DNA of 64,000 bases from Octopus sinensis (Eukaryota), in contig NC_043000.1 of NCBI RefSeq assembly GCF_006345805.1, positions 47,306,001 to 47,370,000 of the forward strand, in the 5' to 3' direction. A program made the translations under genes and the position numbers. Of the stretch, positions 52,617 through 64,000 are shown piece after piece (the stretch's first letter is position 1; each line of letters starts with the position of its first letter). The notes under the pieces were generated by a model. It was given only the letters and a program-made list of their open reading frames with translations, had not been told where the DNA came from and ran no database searches.

Positions 52617-54385
52617 GGAGAAGAAGAAGAAGAAGAAGAAGAAGAAGAAGAAGAAGAAGAAGAAACAATAATAATAATGATAATAACAATAATAATAATA
52701 ATAATAACAATAATAATGATAATAATGTATTTTGACTACACTACATAAATCTGACTCAGAACAATTATATTTATAACAAGTAAAAGGTGATAGTAATGTT
52801 TGGCAACAAGAAAATTATAAAACTTTTAATGTGGGACGATTGTATTTTCTGCTAAAAATAAATAGAAACTAATACAAAAATCTATAAAATATAAAAGATG
52901 CGAATAAATTTTTTCTCTCTTTGAGGATGCCAGCAAATATTAAATCGTGTGATTACACCTGTGAAGTGGAGCGGGGATAAACAATGATAAAATCTTAAAT
53001 AAAACAAAAAAGAAAAACAAATTGAAAAATGGATTACATGATTTTCATAATAATATTTTGAAGAGAAAAGTTTCATGAATGGTTAATACGTAACAAGACA
53101 AAGCAAAGAAGAAACAGATTAAAAAGAAACCTCTGCACTAGTTTCAAAACTGAGACCGAATACGTAAGATCAAAGCCTTGACACCAAAGCTTACTAGATA
53201 GATGTAATGAATCAGAATACACAAAATAACGGCATAATATGTGAAAGCTGTTTGTTTAAGGCTGCATAGTCCCACACAACATCGAATATGCAGTGTGCGG
53301 TACAAAAGCAACTTTTCATATTGAAATTTAAATAACTTTTTAATAATAGATAAAACTATTTTCTCTTTAGACATATTTATTTTGGATCTCGGAAATTATT
53401 TTGGAGTAATTTTGAAACATAACATCTCGTGAATGTCTTCCAATCTAAGCTTCGCAAAGTTAAAATGCTTCTAGGTCATGTTTCATGATAGCTCACAATA
53501 TCTGAGGGGATATTAATGCGACGGGTTGGCAGAATGGTTAGCAGGCCAGGCAAAATGCTTAGCAGCATTTCGTTCGTCTTCACGTTCTCAGTTCAAATTC
53601 CACTTAGGTTGACTTTGCCTTTCAACATTTGGAGGTCGATAATAATAAGTAGCAGTTCAAAACAGAAGGCGATGAAATCAATCTACTCACAGCCCCAAAT
53701 TGCTGGCCTTGTACCGTAATTTGAACCCAATGTGTCTCTTATTCGTTAATTTCTTAAGTTCATGAAGAACCTGGTTTCAAAATAATTATATCAACAGGAA
53801 AAATGTCATTACATTTTTGTTAAAATGTTACATAAGCTTTAAAAGGAAAACGGTTTTTTACCTACCCTCTATGTGCACCCATAACAAAGCTAAGTTTTCA
53901 TACACTGAACATTATACCAGCATTATGAAATAGCAGGAATAAAGATGATACGAATACACATTACTAAAGGTTTCAGAAAATGACAAAGTGACCGCACTCT
54001 GCAAAATGCTAATTCATAGAAACTGGGAGATTAATGTAAATCGGTATGTTATTATTTGTCCAGATAATCTTGTCAAATACAAACAGAAAAGAGAAATGTT
54101 TCGTAATTGATTTAGAAATGCCAACAAACGACAATAGATCTCAAAAGAAAATAGAGAAGCTATCGAAACATGAATATTCAGAAATAAGCATAACCAAAAT
54201 GTATGGACTGAAACAGAAACAAACCTCATAATTACAGATTGCTTAGAATTTATAAAAATGATTTGGACAATACATAACCAAAAGCTCGGGGCTTATATAT
54301 ACATACACAACATACATAAATAACATGACAAGGGACTGCACACATATTACAAAGGAATACATTCAATGCAATGTATAGTTAAACA
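52080..54385 (+). mobile_element. Old, fragmented R4/Dong-like LINE (same family as copy A)
   Basis: Colinear decayed peptides TKATLKSGKLIKTTNIMLDK, KSDSEQLYL, FSLFEDASKY and KCFVIDLEMP..NRSQKKIEKLSK align in order with copy A. Interrupted by (AAT)n/(AGA)n at 52455..52730 and a SINE at 53518. Confidence 0.72.
53518..53731 (+). mobile_element. SINE family 2, full length
   Basis: Contains GCGACGGGTTGGCAGAATGGTTAGC...GTTCAAATTCC...TTTGCCTTTCA...GCTGGCCTTGTACC. Confidence 0.85.
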
Positions 54386-54729
54386 GAAAAGCAAAATACA
54401 ACTGCTCGTATTCAGTACAGAAAAGGCAACTTTCAGATGTGCTGTGAAAGTGCAAAATAAGTACTTGTACTGGACAATTTGATAATTCCCAGATTGTCAC
54501 GATATCTATCCAGGTGTTATGCTTTAAGCAAGGTTAACTCAGGAACAAAATCGAAAAAATATACACGAAATCATAAGGGACTTGAAAACAGCTTGCTGTT
54601 GCAAAGTAAGTCAGTCGAAAACTCCGCATGCCGGATGCCAGAAGGTTTCAGAGATCATCAGGATAAAATGTGCATTATTTCGGGGCCTTCCATCGATGGA
54701 TTTACAGCGCATTGATCTGAGGACCCCAC

Positions 54730-55170
54730 CTGCTGTTTCGACGGACTAGTATTCAACCTCAAGTTCATTTCGGGATCATCCCCTCTCCAATCAGTGTTCA
54801 TCATTCCTTTTCAGCCATATCCAATGACTCACCCTCTCAACTGTCGCTTGGATTTCCCCCAACATGGTGCTTGCATGCCGATGTTGGGCACTAATTGATA
54901 GCTGCCACTGTCTCCGTCGGACCCAAAAAACCCTGCATCCTACTTGTACCGGAAAGTGTGCTACATCTACACAGTCTTCCAGTAACATCTGATAATGCTG
55001 GTCTTTCCTAATCTGGGCTGCATTCACATTGCCTTCGGCAAACTGAGCTATCTTACATTCCTCACTCCATATTGTCATATCCAGCTTCTTCCTCATTGTT
55101 ATTTGAAAGAGGCGTTCACACCCTACAAGATCTGCTTCCACCTCCCATTTTCCATCCTTGTCAATCACAA
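54730..55170 (-). mobile_element. HERO/NeSL-like RLE LINE 3' fragment
   Basis: ORF 54791..55168 has W...ADL, KLDMTIWSEECK, RKDQHYQMLLEDC, FPVQVGCRVF and ERVSHWIWLKR, matching the EVGCRGF and ASxWIWLKR motifs. Confidence 0.65.
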
Positions 55171-55184
55171 TTTCCTTCTGTTTG

Positions 55185-56190
55185 GAAACAGTTTGGTATT
55201 TTTCTGATGATTTCCTTTATTTTCTGATCCGCGATTGTTATATTTTCTTGGTCGCTCCATTTTCTATTTCTCTTTTTAATTCCCATAATCAGCTTGTATA
55301 TTATGTGGCACTTACTTTCTCCAGATATTTTACTTTTCCAGATATTTGTACTCCTTCATCGTCTGGCATATCATTTCTCCGACGCTCTTCTTGATTGTTC
55401 AGTTGTTTAAAGAATTTTCTTTTGCTGTTCTAGAAAAGTCTATTCTGCCGATGCTGATTTGTTCTCTATTGGTATTTTTTTTTCTTTACCCGACACTGCT
55501 TTGATTTTTGTTGTAGTTCTTCCTTAACAATTTGCAGTCCTTTGCATTATATGTTGTGTTTCCTTTGCAATTCGTTTCTGTAACTTTCCTTCAGCCCCTT
55601 CTTTTCTAAGATTACATTTATCTGACCAATATCTCACTTTACCCGTTTAATTTGGGTCTCAAATATTCATTCCCACCATGTGTACTTTTTCTTTGTTTTT
55701 CTTTGACTTTTAGCTCCAAGAGATTTCACAGTAACAGAGGCTGAGCAGTACATAAGGCTGTTTAAATCTGTAAAATTTTTTCCATGTAGATTTTCGTTAA
55801 GAGTTCGTCCATCTTTTTCCCTACTTTATAGTTTTCCTCTTTCAATTCCTCTCGGAAATGGTTGTTTATTTCCTTTGCTATTTCGTGCCTCATTCAAGTG
55901 TAGAAGTAAATTTCTTACTTTCCTAGTAGTAGTTTTTCCCTCTGCACAGTAAAACTGACCTTAATCCGGGCATCTGTTTCTTTTGTGGTGATATATTGAC
56001 CCCTCTACTAATCCCTGTTTTTGTTCTGCTTTTTGCTTTTCGTGTCCAGCATAGTCACGATCACATTCTTTCTCTATTGTAGCGATTTCCTCCAATTCTG
56101 TTGGGATAGACACTACCTATTCACGATTAATCATTTTTGGTCTAAAAGTATTTTCTTTGTGAGAAAAGTCTTTTCTCGTGTTTTATTTAG
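55185..56190 (-). mobile_element. R4/Dong-like LINE N-terminal (pre-RT) fragment, copy C, inverted part
   Basis: Decayed peptides LLDQK.LI..LSQQELEEI, TDLNSLMY, HRQNRLF.N..RKFFKQLN and QENITI...KIPN. Confidence 0.65.
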
Positions 56191-56219
56191 TTCATATTTT
56201 ATGCCAAAAAAGCGAAGTT

Positions 56220-57060
56220 AAAAACCAGAGAAAAGAACAAAAGTTATCTGACTGGTAGAAGACGTTGCATGGTAGATTCCCAAAGATAGTTGCAACAAAT
56301 AGTAATAGTGAGACATGGATATGGTTGCAGAAAGTAAGGCTGTAAAGCGAAACAGAAAGCTTGTTAGTTGCAGCATAAGATCAAGCATTAAGGACCAATT
56401 GGATAAAATTCAGGATAGACAAAACCAAGTAGGTTTCGAGTGTGGGTTATGCAAATCAAAAGATGAAAGTGTTACTCATATAGTAAGTGAATGTAGCATG
56501 CTGGCACAGAAAGAACACAAGAGAAGACATGACAACCTAAAGAGAGTAATCGACTAGGAAATATATAGAAACCTAGGATTTGACCATCCTGATAAATAGT
56601 ATGAACACGAATCTAGTACAGTACTAGAAAGTAAAAAATATAAGATGTCGTGGGACTTTGACATTGAAACTGACAAAGTAATAGAGACTAGAAGGTCTGG
56701 TCTAGTACTAGTAGATAATGAGAATAGAAAGTGCCAGATAATTTAATTTACAGTCCCAAAAGATGAAAAATCAGGATGAGAGGTATAGAAAAAATAGCAA
56801 AGTAGCAGGACCTAGCCATTGAATTACAGAGACTATGGAAAGTGTGGGTATAATATATCCCAGTAGTTATAGGTGCATTAAGAACTATCCCTTAAGATTT
56901 GAACACATGGATAGAGGAAATAAGCACAAAACCCTGTTTAGTACAGCTCCAGAAAATTGCTATTAGGAACAGATAGAATACTTAGGAGGGTTCTTGACAT
57001 CTAAGGTTACTTGTTGCAGCCAGATGTTAGGAATTTTTATTTTCCAACAGTCAATTCTGT
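56220..57060 (+). mobile_element. R4/Dong-like LINE 3' fragment, copy C, sense part
   Basis: LHGRF, CGLCKSKDESVTHIVSEC, RRHDN, WDFDIETDK, DLAIELQRLW, IPVVIGAL and ILRRVL. Ends directly in (TAA)n at 57061..57142. Confidence 0.85.
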
Positions 57061-57144
57061 ATAATAATAATAATAATGACGATAATTATAATAATAATAA
57101 TAAAATAATAATAATAATAATAATAATAATATAATAATAATAAC

Positions 57145-57300
57145 CATTTGTATTAATTTTGGCAACAGGTCAACAATTTTGAGGACTTAGTGTACAAAAA
57201 TATTGCGTCAACGCCAGTATTTGATTGGTACTTTATTTTATCAAACCCAAAAGGATCGAAAGCAAAGACGACCATGATGGGAGTTGAACAGAGAACATAT
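57145..57300 (-). mobile_element. SINE family 2, degenerate
   Basis: Contains GGTACTTTATTTTATCAAACCCAAAAGGATCGAAAGCAAAG. Confidence 0.6.
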
Positions 57301-58096
57301 AAAGTTATCTTCAAACAGCTTAACTAACTCATAATTAGCAAAATGTTCATTTCATTCGTTGAAATTACAAATATGTGAACTATTTCTATGCATTAAGAAA
57401 ATGAATTTATATTGAAATCTATATATTTCGAAAACAACAAAAACAAAAAAATTCGTATAGAATTTAGATTTTTAAGATTATATTTTCTAAATAATGAAAA
57501 TAAAAAAAATTTTTTTAGAAGTAATAAATGTTAGTCACAATAATTCACTTGTAAAATAGATCAATATTTTTTCCATTTACAGTTTTAACTTTTAACCTTG
57601 TAGTAAATATACGGATTATAGTATTAAGTCTATATGGTAGCATTCAAGAATTGGCTTGTTGGCCTGTTTTTGTTTGTTTCATTCAAGATTTCTACCTCAG
57701 TATAATAGACTATTAATTCGATGTTGCTTTCATTCCATCTTCCCTTATATTTATTTTTATTTATTGTTTATATTCACATCATTCAAACTTTCTTTTTTAC
57801 TATAGACTTTTTTTAATCAACGCCTATATTCTCTTTTAATAATATCGTATACTTTGTAAACACTCACTCAAGCACAGACAAAAAAATACACACAAAGGCT
57901 GAGAAACTAAAGTTTATGCTTATGCATGTAAATATATATCTATATGTGTAAAATATATGTATATTTACAAATATATATTTGTATGCATGTGCGTATATAT
58001 ATATGTATATATAAATACACACACACACTCATACACACACATATATATATTCATATATATTATGCATACGTACTTGTATGTGTATAAAATGTGCGC

Positions 58097-58169
<73 letters not shown>

Positions 58170-59344
58170 TGTGCACATATATATACATATATATATGTGT
58201 ATATATGTATTATATAAATATTCACACATGCACATACATATACACACATCGACCTGAATAGATATGTACATACACATTAGATGAAATATGCGTTCGGTAT
58301 GTAAGTAAGCAGGTAGGGCACAAGCTCATAGGCTGCTTGTTTGATTTTTAAACAGCAACTATTATATAACAAATAATATATAAATGATTTACAAAAAAAA
58401 AACATTGTGCATGTAGAAATGTATTGTCTGTTTCTACAAGTAGTTTATCACTCGACACAATGGACATAAATGTTTGTCTCAGTAGGTTTCCTCTGACAGC
58501 TATCATTGAAATATATTGATTTTGTACGACAAAGGTAGCATGTTCAATCATTGAGTATGATGAGTTTTTTTTTGGTGTTTTTCCTTTCTGATTTTTGCAT
58601 GAATGGGATGGTGACTATGGGAGAATTATATGCATTCATGGAAAGTGTGTAGTTTTTTTTCTCTTTTCTATGTAAAGTTTATTTTAATTTTCTTTCTCAT
58701 CCTTTGATTTAAGCGACTAGTCCTAAAGTATTGAAGTAAGGAAAACCGGGAATTCTATTTGGTCGCTCGATTTGTTAGTATTAACAGTTGAATGTCCCTC
58801 AATACATACACTAACGTCTTTAAAATATGTGAAGGACACCCTGATTATCTAGTGCTAGCTATAGTATTTCTGAAAACAAGACAAGATAGTCACATATGTA
58901 AAATCATAGACCCAATTTTACGCAGTTCATAACAGAATAGAGGAGAATCTAAGTAGTTTGTTGGTCCAATTCACGCCACTCCAGTAACAAGCGAAGGAAG
59001 GCTTTTCACTCAACTGGTGTGAAAGGTAAAGGAATTATCTCTCTTAAAGAACGATCTAATTCTGTTCAGTTATTTTGTAAATAGATCATGTAAGCCACAT
59101 ATACTTATATAAACATGTCATACAAATATTATATCCATTTAGAATAGGTGATGAGATTTTTAAAGTGGGGCCAATATTTTACAGAGCCAGTTAATATCTG
59201 AAATGTGAACTACATTTCACAACTAACATGAGTGTATTTTCGATTAAAATTGTGTCCACATTTCAACTGGCCTAGGACTGTTATCAGTTTTGCACGACCA
59301 AGATCAAAAGCTACTTGCTCACAGAGGCTGAGATGGAGTTAAAC

Positions 59345-59352
59345 AATAACAT

Positions 59353-59389
<37 letters not shown>

Positions 59390-59480
59390 CGCCACCACCA
59401 CCACCACCACCACCACCACCACCACCACCACTACCACTACCACTACCACCACCACCACTACTACTACTACTGCTACTGCT
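59345..59480. repeat. Compound (CTA)n/(CCA)n/(CTG)n microsatellite
   Basis: Direct triplet repeats. Confidence 0.95.
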
Positions 59481-59774
59481 GCTGTTGCTTCTTCTTATTC
59501 TAGATGGGTATCTCAAAGATTATCTCAGCGTAATGTGCTCTATGTGATTGCTCGACATGTTAGAAATGATAGCCAAATGTCTCTCAAATCACACACCTTA
59601 ACTAACGATTTATTCAACAATATACTCAGTGGGAACAACTTAAATTGTATATCTTCTCAGTAAGAGCAAAGTACAGGACAGGTTTCAATGAAATTACATC
59701 GTCGACACCTTATTTCCCACCAGGGAAGAAGACCAACTAAATAATAATTTCGAACATAGATACACGACTTGGCT

Positions 59775-60190
59775 GAGGTAATAGTCGATTACATCGACCC
59801 CAGTATTTCACGTGTACTTTATTTTATCGACAGTGGAATAACAGAAGCCAAAGATGACCTCGGCTAAACTTGTTTATGTTTATAATACATAGAAATAGAC
59901 GGGATAACGCAAGACACTAACTATTACTCATATTATTCTAGTAATCCACCGCTCTAAGAGGATTAAATAAATGCTCCAAACATGGGAGTAGTGCTAGACA
60001 CATAGACGAAGGTTTTAATTAGTTAAATCAGTCTAACTTCTTCAAAATTGTAGTCGTATTTATTCATTTTATCGCTTCTGGAGACTAAAAATGTGAACAT
60101 GTCTTTGGTGGGATTTGAATCGTAACGTAGAGTAGCGAATACTGTAAGTTATTCAGCCCGATGCTCTAAGAATTCTGCCAATTCACATAC
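59775..60190 (-). mobile_element. Two partial SINE family 2 fragments (59775..59875 and 60055..60190)
   Basis: Contain GTCGATTACATCGACCCCAGT...TTTTATCGAC and GGATTTGAA...AATTCTGCCA. Confidence 0.6.
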
Positions 60191-62637
60191 TAACAAAGAA
60201 AAATGTGTATGACTTGAGAAAGATTTCACTGCTATTTCTAGCAAATCATTGACGTTGTGGAGCCTTCTTTCTGTTTGTTGATGTTGCCGCTGAAGCTGCT
60301 GCTGTTGTTGTATACGCAATCAATCACCTTTGAAATCCTTTTGGATGGTGCGAATAATTAATTCTTCATTTTTCATACTTCTTTTACTTTTTGCTTGTTA
60401 TTTTCATCATTGTTTTCACATTGTATGCTCTACCACCACATAAGTGATTCGTTTATTGTATTTGATCACATATCAATTTAGATTTTGGCAGTATTTTCTC
60501 TTTCCTGGAGTTCATTTTTTTACATTTTTTTATCTTTATAACTCTTATTATATTCACGGAGTTGTGTCATATTACTTACTATTAATAAAATGAAATATTG
60601 CACCGGAATAGCCTTGAATATATTTATATCGAACTTGGCAACATTCATTGAAATCTTTGTTTAACACTTCCTGCATATGATGAACTTTCCGCATTATTTT
60701 TCGGTTTAAAAAATGTACAAGAAAAAAAATATAATCTATTTTAAGTCTTCTAAATTTCTTAGGAGAACATTGAATAGATTCATTTAATTTCTGTGACATA
60801 TACTTAGAGCTTTCTGACTTATTCGAAAATTGATATCAGATCATATGATGAAACTAAGACAATTACATCAAGATAAATACATTATAACAATTAAACAGCA
60901 CACACACGCACACTCACGCACTCGCGCACGCACACATATGCTCACATGCTTACACGTACACATACACACAGAAATACACAAGTATTTGATTCAGTTATTA
61001 TTTATAATAATGCTACACGTTATTATGTATTTAAGACTGTTTTCGCATATTAATGATCTGGTCTACTTATGGCCAATTCCTCAGTAATATAGGAGTATAT
61101 AAGTGCGTAGGATTATAGGCCTATATACGTGTGTGTTTATGTGTGTGTATGTGTTTGTGCATGTATGTATAAATATATATTATGCGTAATATATATATAA
61201 CTCTCTCTCTTTATATATACATATATCCATACACACGTATGCATATATATATCTATATACACATATACATACATATATGTATATATATATGTAGATATAT
61301 ATCCATGTACACACATACAAACAAATATATGAATATATATATATATATATACATATACATACATATAAATAAGTATATATATATGTGTGTGTGTGTGTGC
61401 GCGCGCGCGTGTGTGTGTGTGTGTGCGTGTGTGTGTTGAATTAGGTACTTAAGTTGAGGCACCAAGTCACTCTGGTATTATCCACACAGCTCGAAGTAAG
61501 GTGAATAAAAAGCAAATAAGAAACAAGGATGTCAAGGTATCAATGCAATACGGCCGTTTCAGGCGGCTCCATTTAATCAAATAATGCAGGCATTATATCA
61601 ATTTGAAATACACTGCTATTTTCGGTTGCAAAAATATTGATTTTCAACAGATAGGATATTTTATCATAATTTTAGCAAATATTTCGCCAGAGAAAGAATT
61701 CCATACTGCTACTATTGTAGCATAATAAACTTAGAGAGAAACAGCAGCAATTTTGAAGTGGCTGAAGTTCATCACAGTGGGGTCATGAGGTGGTAATTTA
61801 GCTAGAAATTTTATCTATCCCCTTATCATCATTGAAAGATCTAATGCAGCTAATATACTGCGATTATTAAGATTTAAAACCACTAAGAGTTGATAGCTGC
61901 TGGTCATAAATTAAATATTGTCAGATGTTTTTGGGCATTTACCAATATTTAAATGACTTCTTCTGAGATTTGTTTCTTTATGTGGTCAAGGGAATTTATA
62001 GCCATAGAGAATTAAGGTTTGGAAGAATATCTAACAATATTTAATTCATGACCAGCAGCTAGAACTTTTCTCGCTGGATTGTGTGTTCGTTTCTCTTTTT
62101 GCCATCTGTGATTTTATTTTTGATCTTCCATATAAATGAAGATATTTCCTCCGTCTGGCTGCTTTTCTTTCTATAAAACGGGAAGTTACATAGCGGAACA
62201 TTTATTTTAACGAGTTGTATCTATTTATTACCTGATGAGATACATCTGTACCGCCGGATACTCCTGAACCAGTTGTTGAGTGTTTCACCCATGAGGAATC
62301 GTTGCTAGATGTGTCGAAAATGTTGTGATTAATAATAAATTCTCGTATATTCCATCTTACATGTTTGATTTGCCATATATATATATATAAGGAGATTAAA
62401 GGCTGTTTACTCAATCACCACTCCTGTAAAACCGGCTAACACAGTGCAGAGAAATCGATAGTTTTCCTTAAAGCAAACTATTCGATACAAAATAAAATTT
62501 ATTTTTCAGGGTGTATAATACAGTAATTTCAGGAATGTATGTGACACCTTTATTGATTCTTTTCACTTTTGTCTGAGAAAATGACATGGAATGGATCAAA
62601 TGTGATATGTATAGTGCAATATCAGTTAATAGTCTAA

Positions 62638-62850
62638 GGCGGCAAGCTGGCAGAATCCTTAGCACGCCGGGCGAAATGCTTAGCGGTATTTCGTCTGTCT
62701 TTACGTTCTGAGTTCAAATTCCGACGTGGTTAACTTTGCCTTTCATCCTTTAAGGGTCGATAAATTAAGTACTAGTTGCGTACTGGGGTCTACCTAATTG
62801 ACTGGCCCCCTCCCCCAAAATTTTGAGCCTTGTGCCTTGAGTAGAAAACA
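62638..62850 (+). mobile_element. SINE family 2, full length, followed by a degenerate second copy to about 62960
   Basis: Contains GGCGGCAAGCTGGCAGAATCCTTAGCACG...GTTCTGAGTTCAAATTCC...TTTGCCTTTCATCCTTTAAGGGTCGATAAATTAAGTAC. Confidence 0.9.
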
Positions 62851-63093
62851 ACCGTTAGCAAGTCGGTCAAAGAGCTTAGCGGCATTTCATGTCTTTAATA
62901 GTTCTGGGTACAAATTCGTTGGAAGTAGACTACTTTTAATCCTTTCGAGGAATTGCGTCATGATGTTTTTTCTCATAGACGATACCCAGCTGCCCCTACT
63001 ATACTGTGTAGTCGAGAAAATCAAAAGCGAACAATGCGCATTCGCGAAATTATAAATATAACATGATGGTACTTTACCCATCGCACCCTGTAT

Positions 63094-63434
63094 ATATGGG
63101 GTAAAGGGTAAAGATCCTCTTGGGTCATGAATAACTATGGGATTGCACCTAGAAAGTTTCCTTCCGAGGTTCAAGTCCGGGCAAGGTTGTTTCTGGAAGA
63201 TCAGCAGTCGTCCATACAGTCTCCCCTCTCTATGCCACTGATATTATCCTAGGGAAAGGCAAAGGCTGATACAAATTGACACCAGTGATGTCGCAACTCA
63301 TTTCTACAACTGAGTGAACTGGAGCAACGTGAAATAAAATGTCTTGCTCAAGTACACACAGCTGGGTTCGGAAATCGAACTCACTACCTCATGGTTGTGA
63401 GCCCGACAATTGAACCACTGAGGCATGCGTCTTC
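63094..63434 (-). mobile_element. tRNA-derived SINE family 4 with CORE-like domain
   Basis: Minus-strand tRNA-like head (B box GTTCGATTTCC) followed by TTGAGCAAGACATTTTATTTCACGTTGCTCCAGTTCACTCAGTTGTAGAAATG, which resembles the CORE domain. Tail (TTTACCC). Confidence 0.8.
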
Positions 63435-63680
63435 TAATTAAAGAATTGTGAAGCATGACTGTCAGCACTACTACATGAACCTGAAGATTGCAGAATTTAA
63501 TGCATGAAAGTACTAGTTCAATCAGAATGAACATCTAACATTCTATTATTTTATTTTATTTTATTTTATTATATTATATTATCTTATATCATTATAAGAT
63601 TGTAAATAAAACGTGAAAATCAGACAAGGTCAGAATTCCTTTTATTAATATATTCTTCTATACACAATCACACACACCCG

Positions 63681-63715
<35 letters not shown>

Positions 63716-64000
63716 GAGATTATTAATACAGGTCGATATTTTGTACGAGTATATGGTATTTCAGAATTTAGTGGTTAGGACTCCTTCTGCAGGAAACTGA
63801 CGGAGAAAAGGTGTTGGTAGCTGATTTGTTAGCTCTGTAGTGTTGTTTTGGGTTGCTATATTATCCAGTCAGCTACACGCGATTCGGATCTATTATTAAT
63901 CCGAAAGGTTTACTTTGTAATTAAAATCAGTTCTTTTATTCCGAAGTTCCCAATGTTGCTTTTTGTAGCTTCAATGGAAACTTCGATATCTTGGGCATTG

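Noticed and set aside
1059-61465. Many ORF-track entries with poly-IY, HT, CV, I, L, N, S or Y composition
   Set aside because: They are translations of (TA)n, (CA)n, (ATGT)n and triplet microsatellites and carry no protein-like signal.
62202-62414. Minus-strand ORF with a plausible CAG/GTAATA donor site
   Set aside because: Low-information S/G/T-rich peptide, weak acceptor, and no identifiable homology.

Overview
This is AT-rich, microsatellite-dense animal genomic DNA. The tRNA-derived SINE families and repeat landscape suggest a coleoid cephalopod such as Octopus (inference). No host protein-coding gene, true tRNA/rRNA gene or CRISPR array could be supported; most ORF-track entries are translations of simple repeats. 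The window is a mosaic of mobile elements: a near-intact 4.9-kb CR1-group LINE (about 44809-49691), R4/Dong-like RLE-LINE fragments tied to (TAA)n tracts, HERO-like and RTE fragments, mariner, Tc1 and Helitron remnants, four SINE families, and Penelope-like (PLE) termini carrying minimal hammerhead-ribozyme motifs. Three observations stand out. (1) The CR1-group LINE has a Myb/SANT-like plus tandem-CCCH ORF1 and a perfectly phased U_UUU_UUA slippery heptamer where the -1 (ORF2) frame opens, a candidate programmed -1 frameshift making a Gag-Pol-like fusion. (2) A tRNA-promoter head reads without a Pol III terminator into a minimal hammerhead. (3) Five hammerhead-like motifs occur, three with a U3-A8 core variant. 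Recent (TA)n-bounded tandem and inverted duplications are also present.
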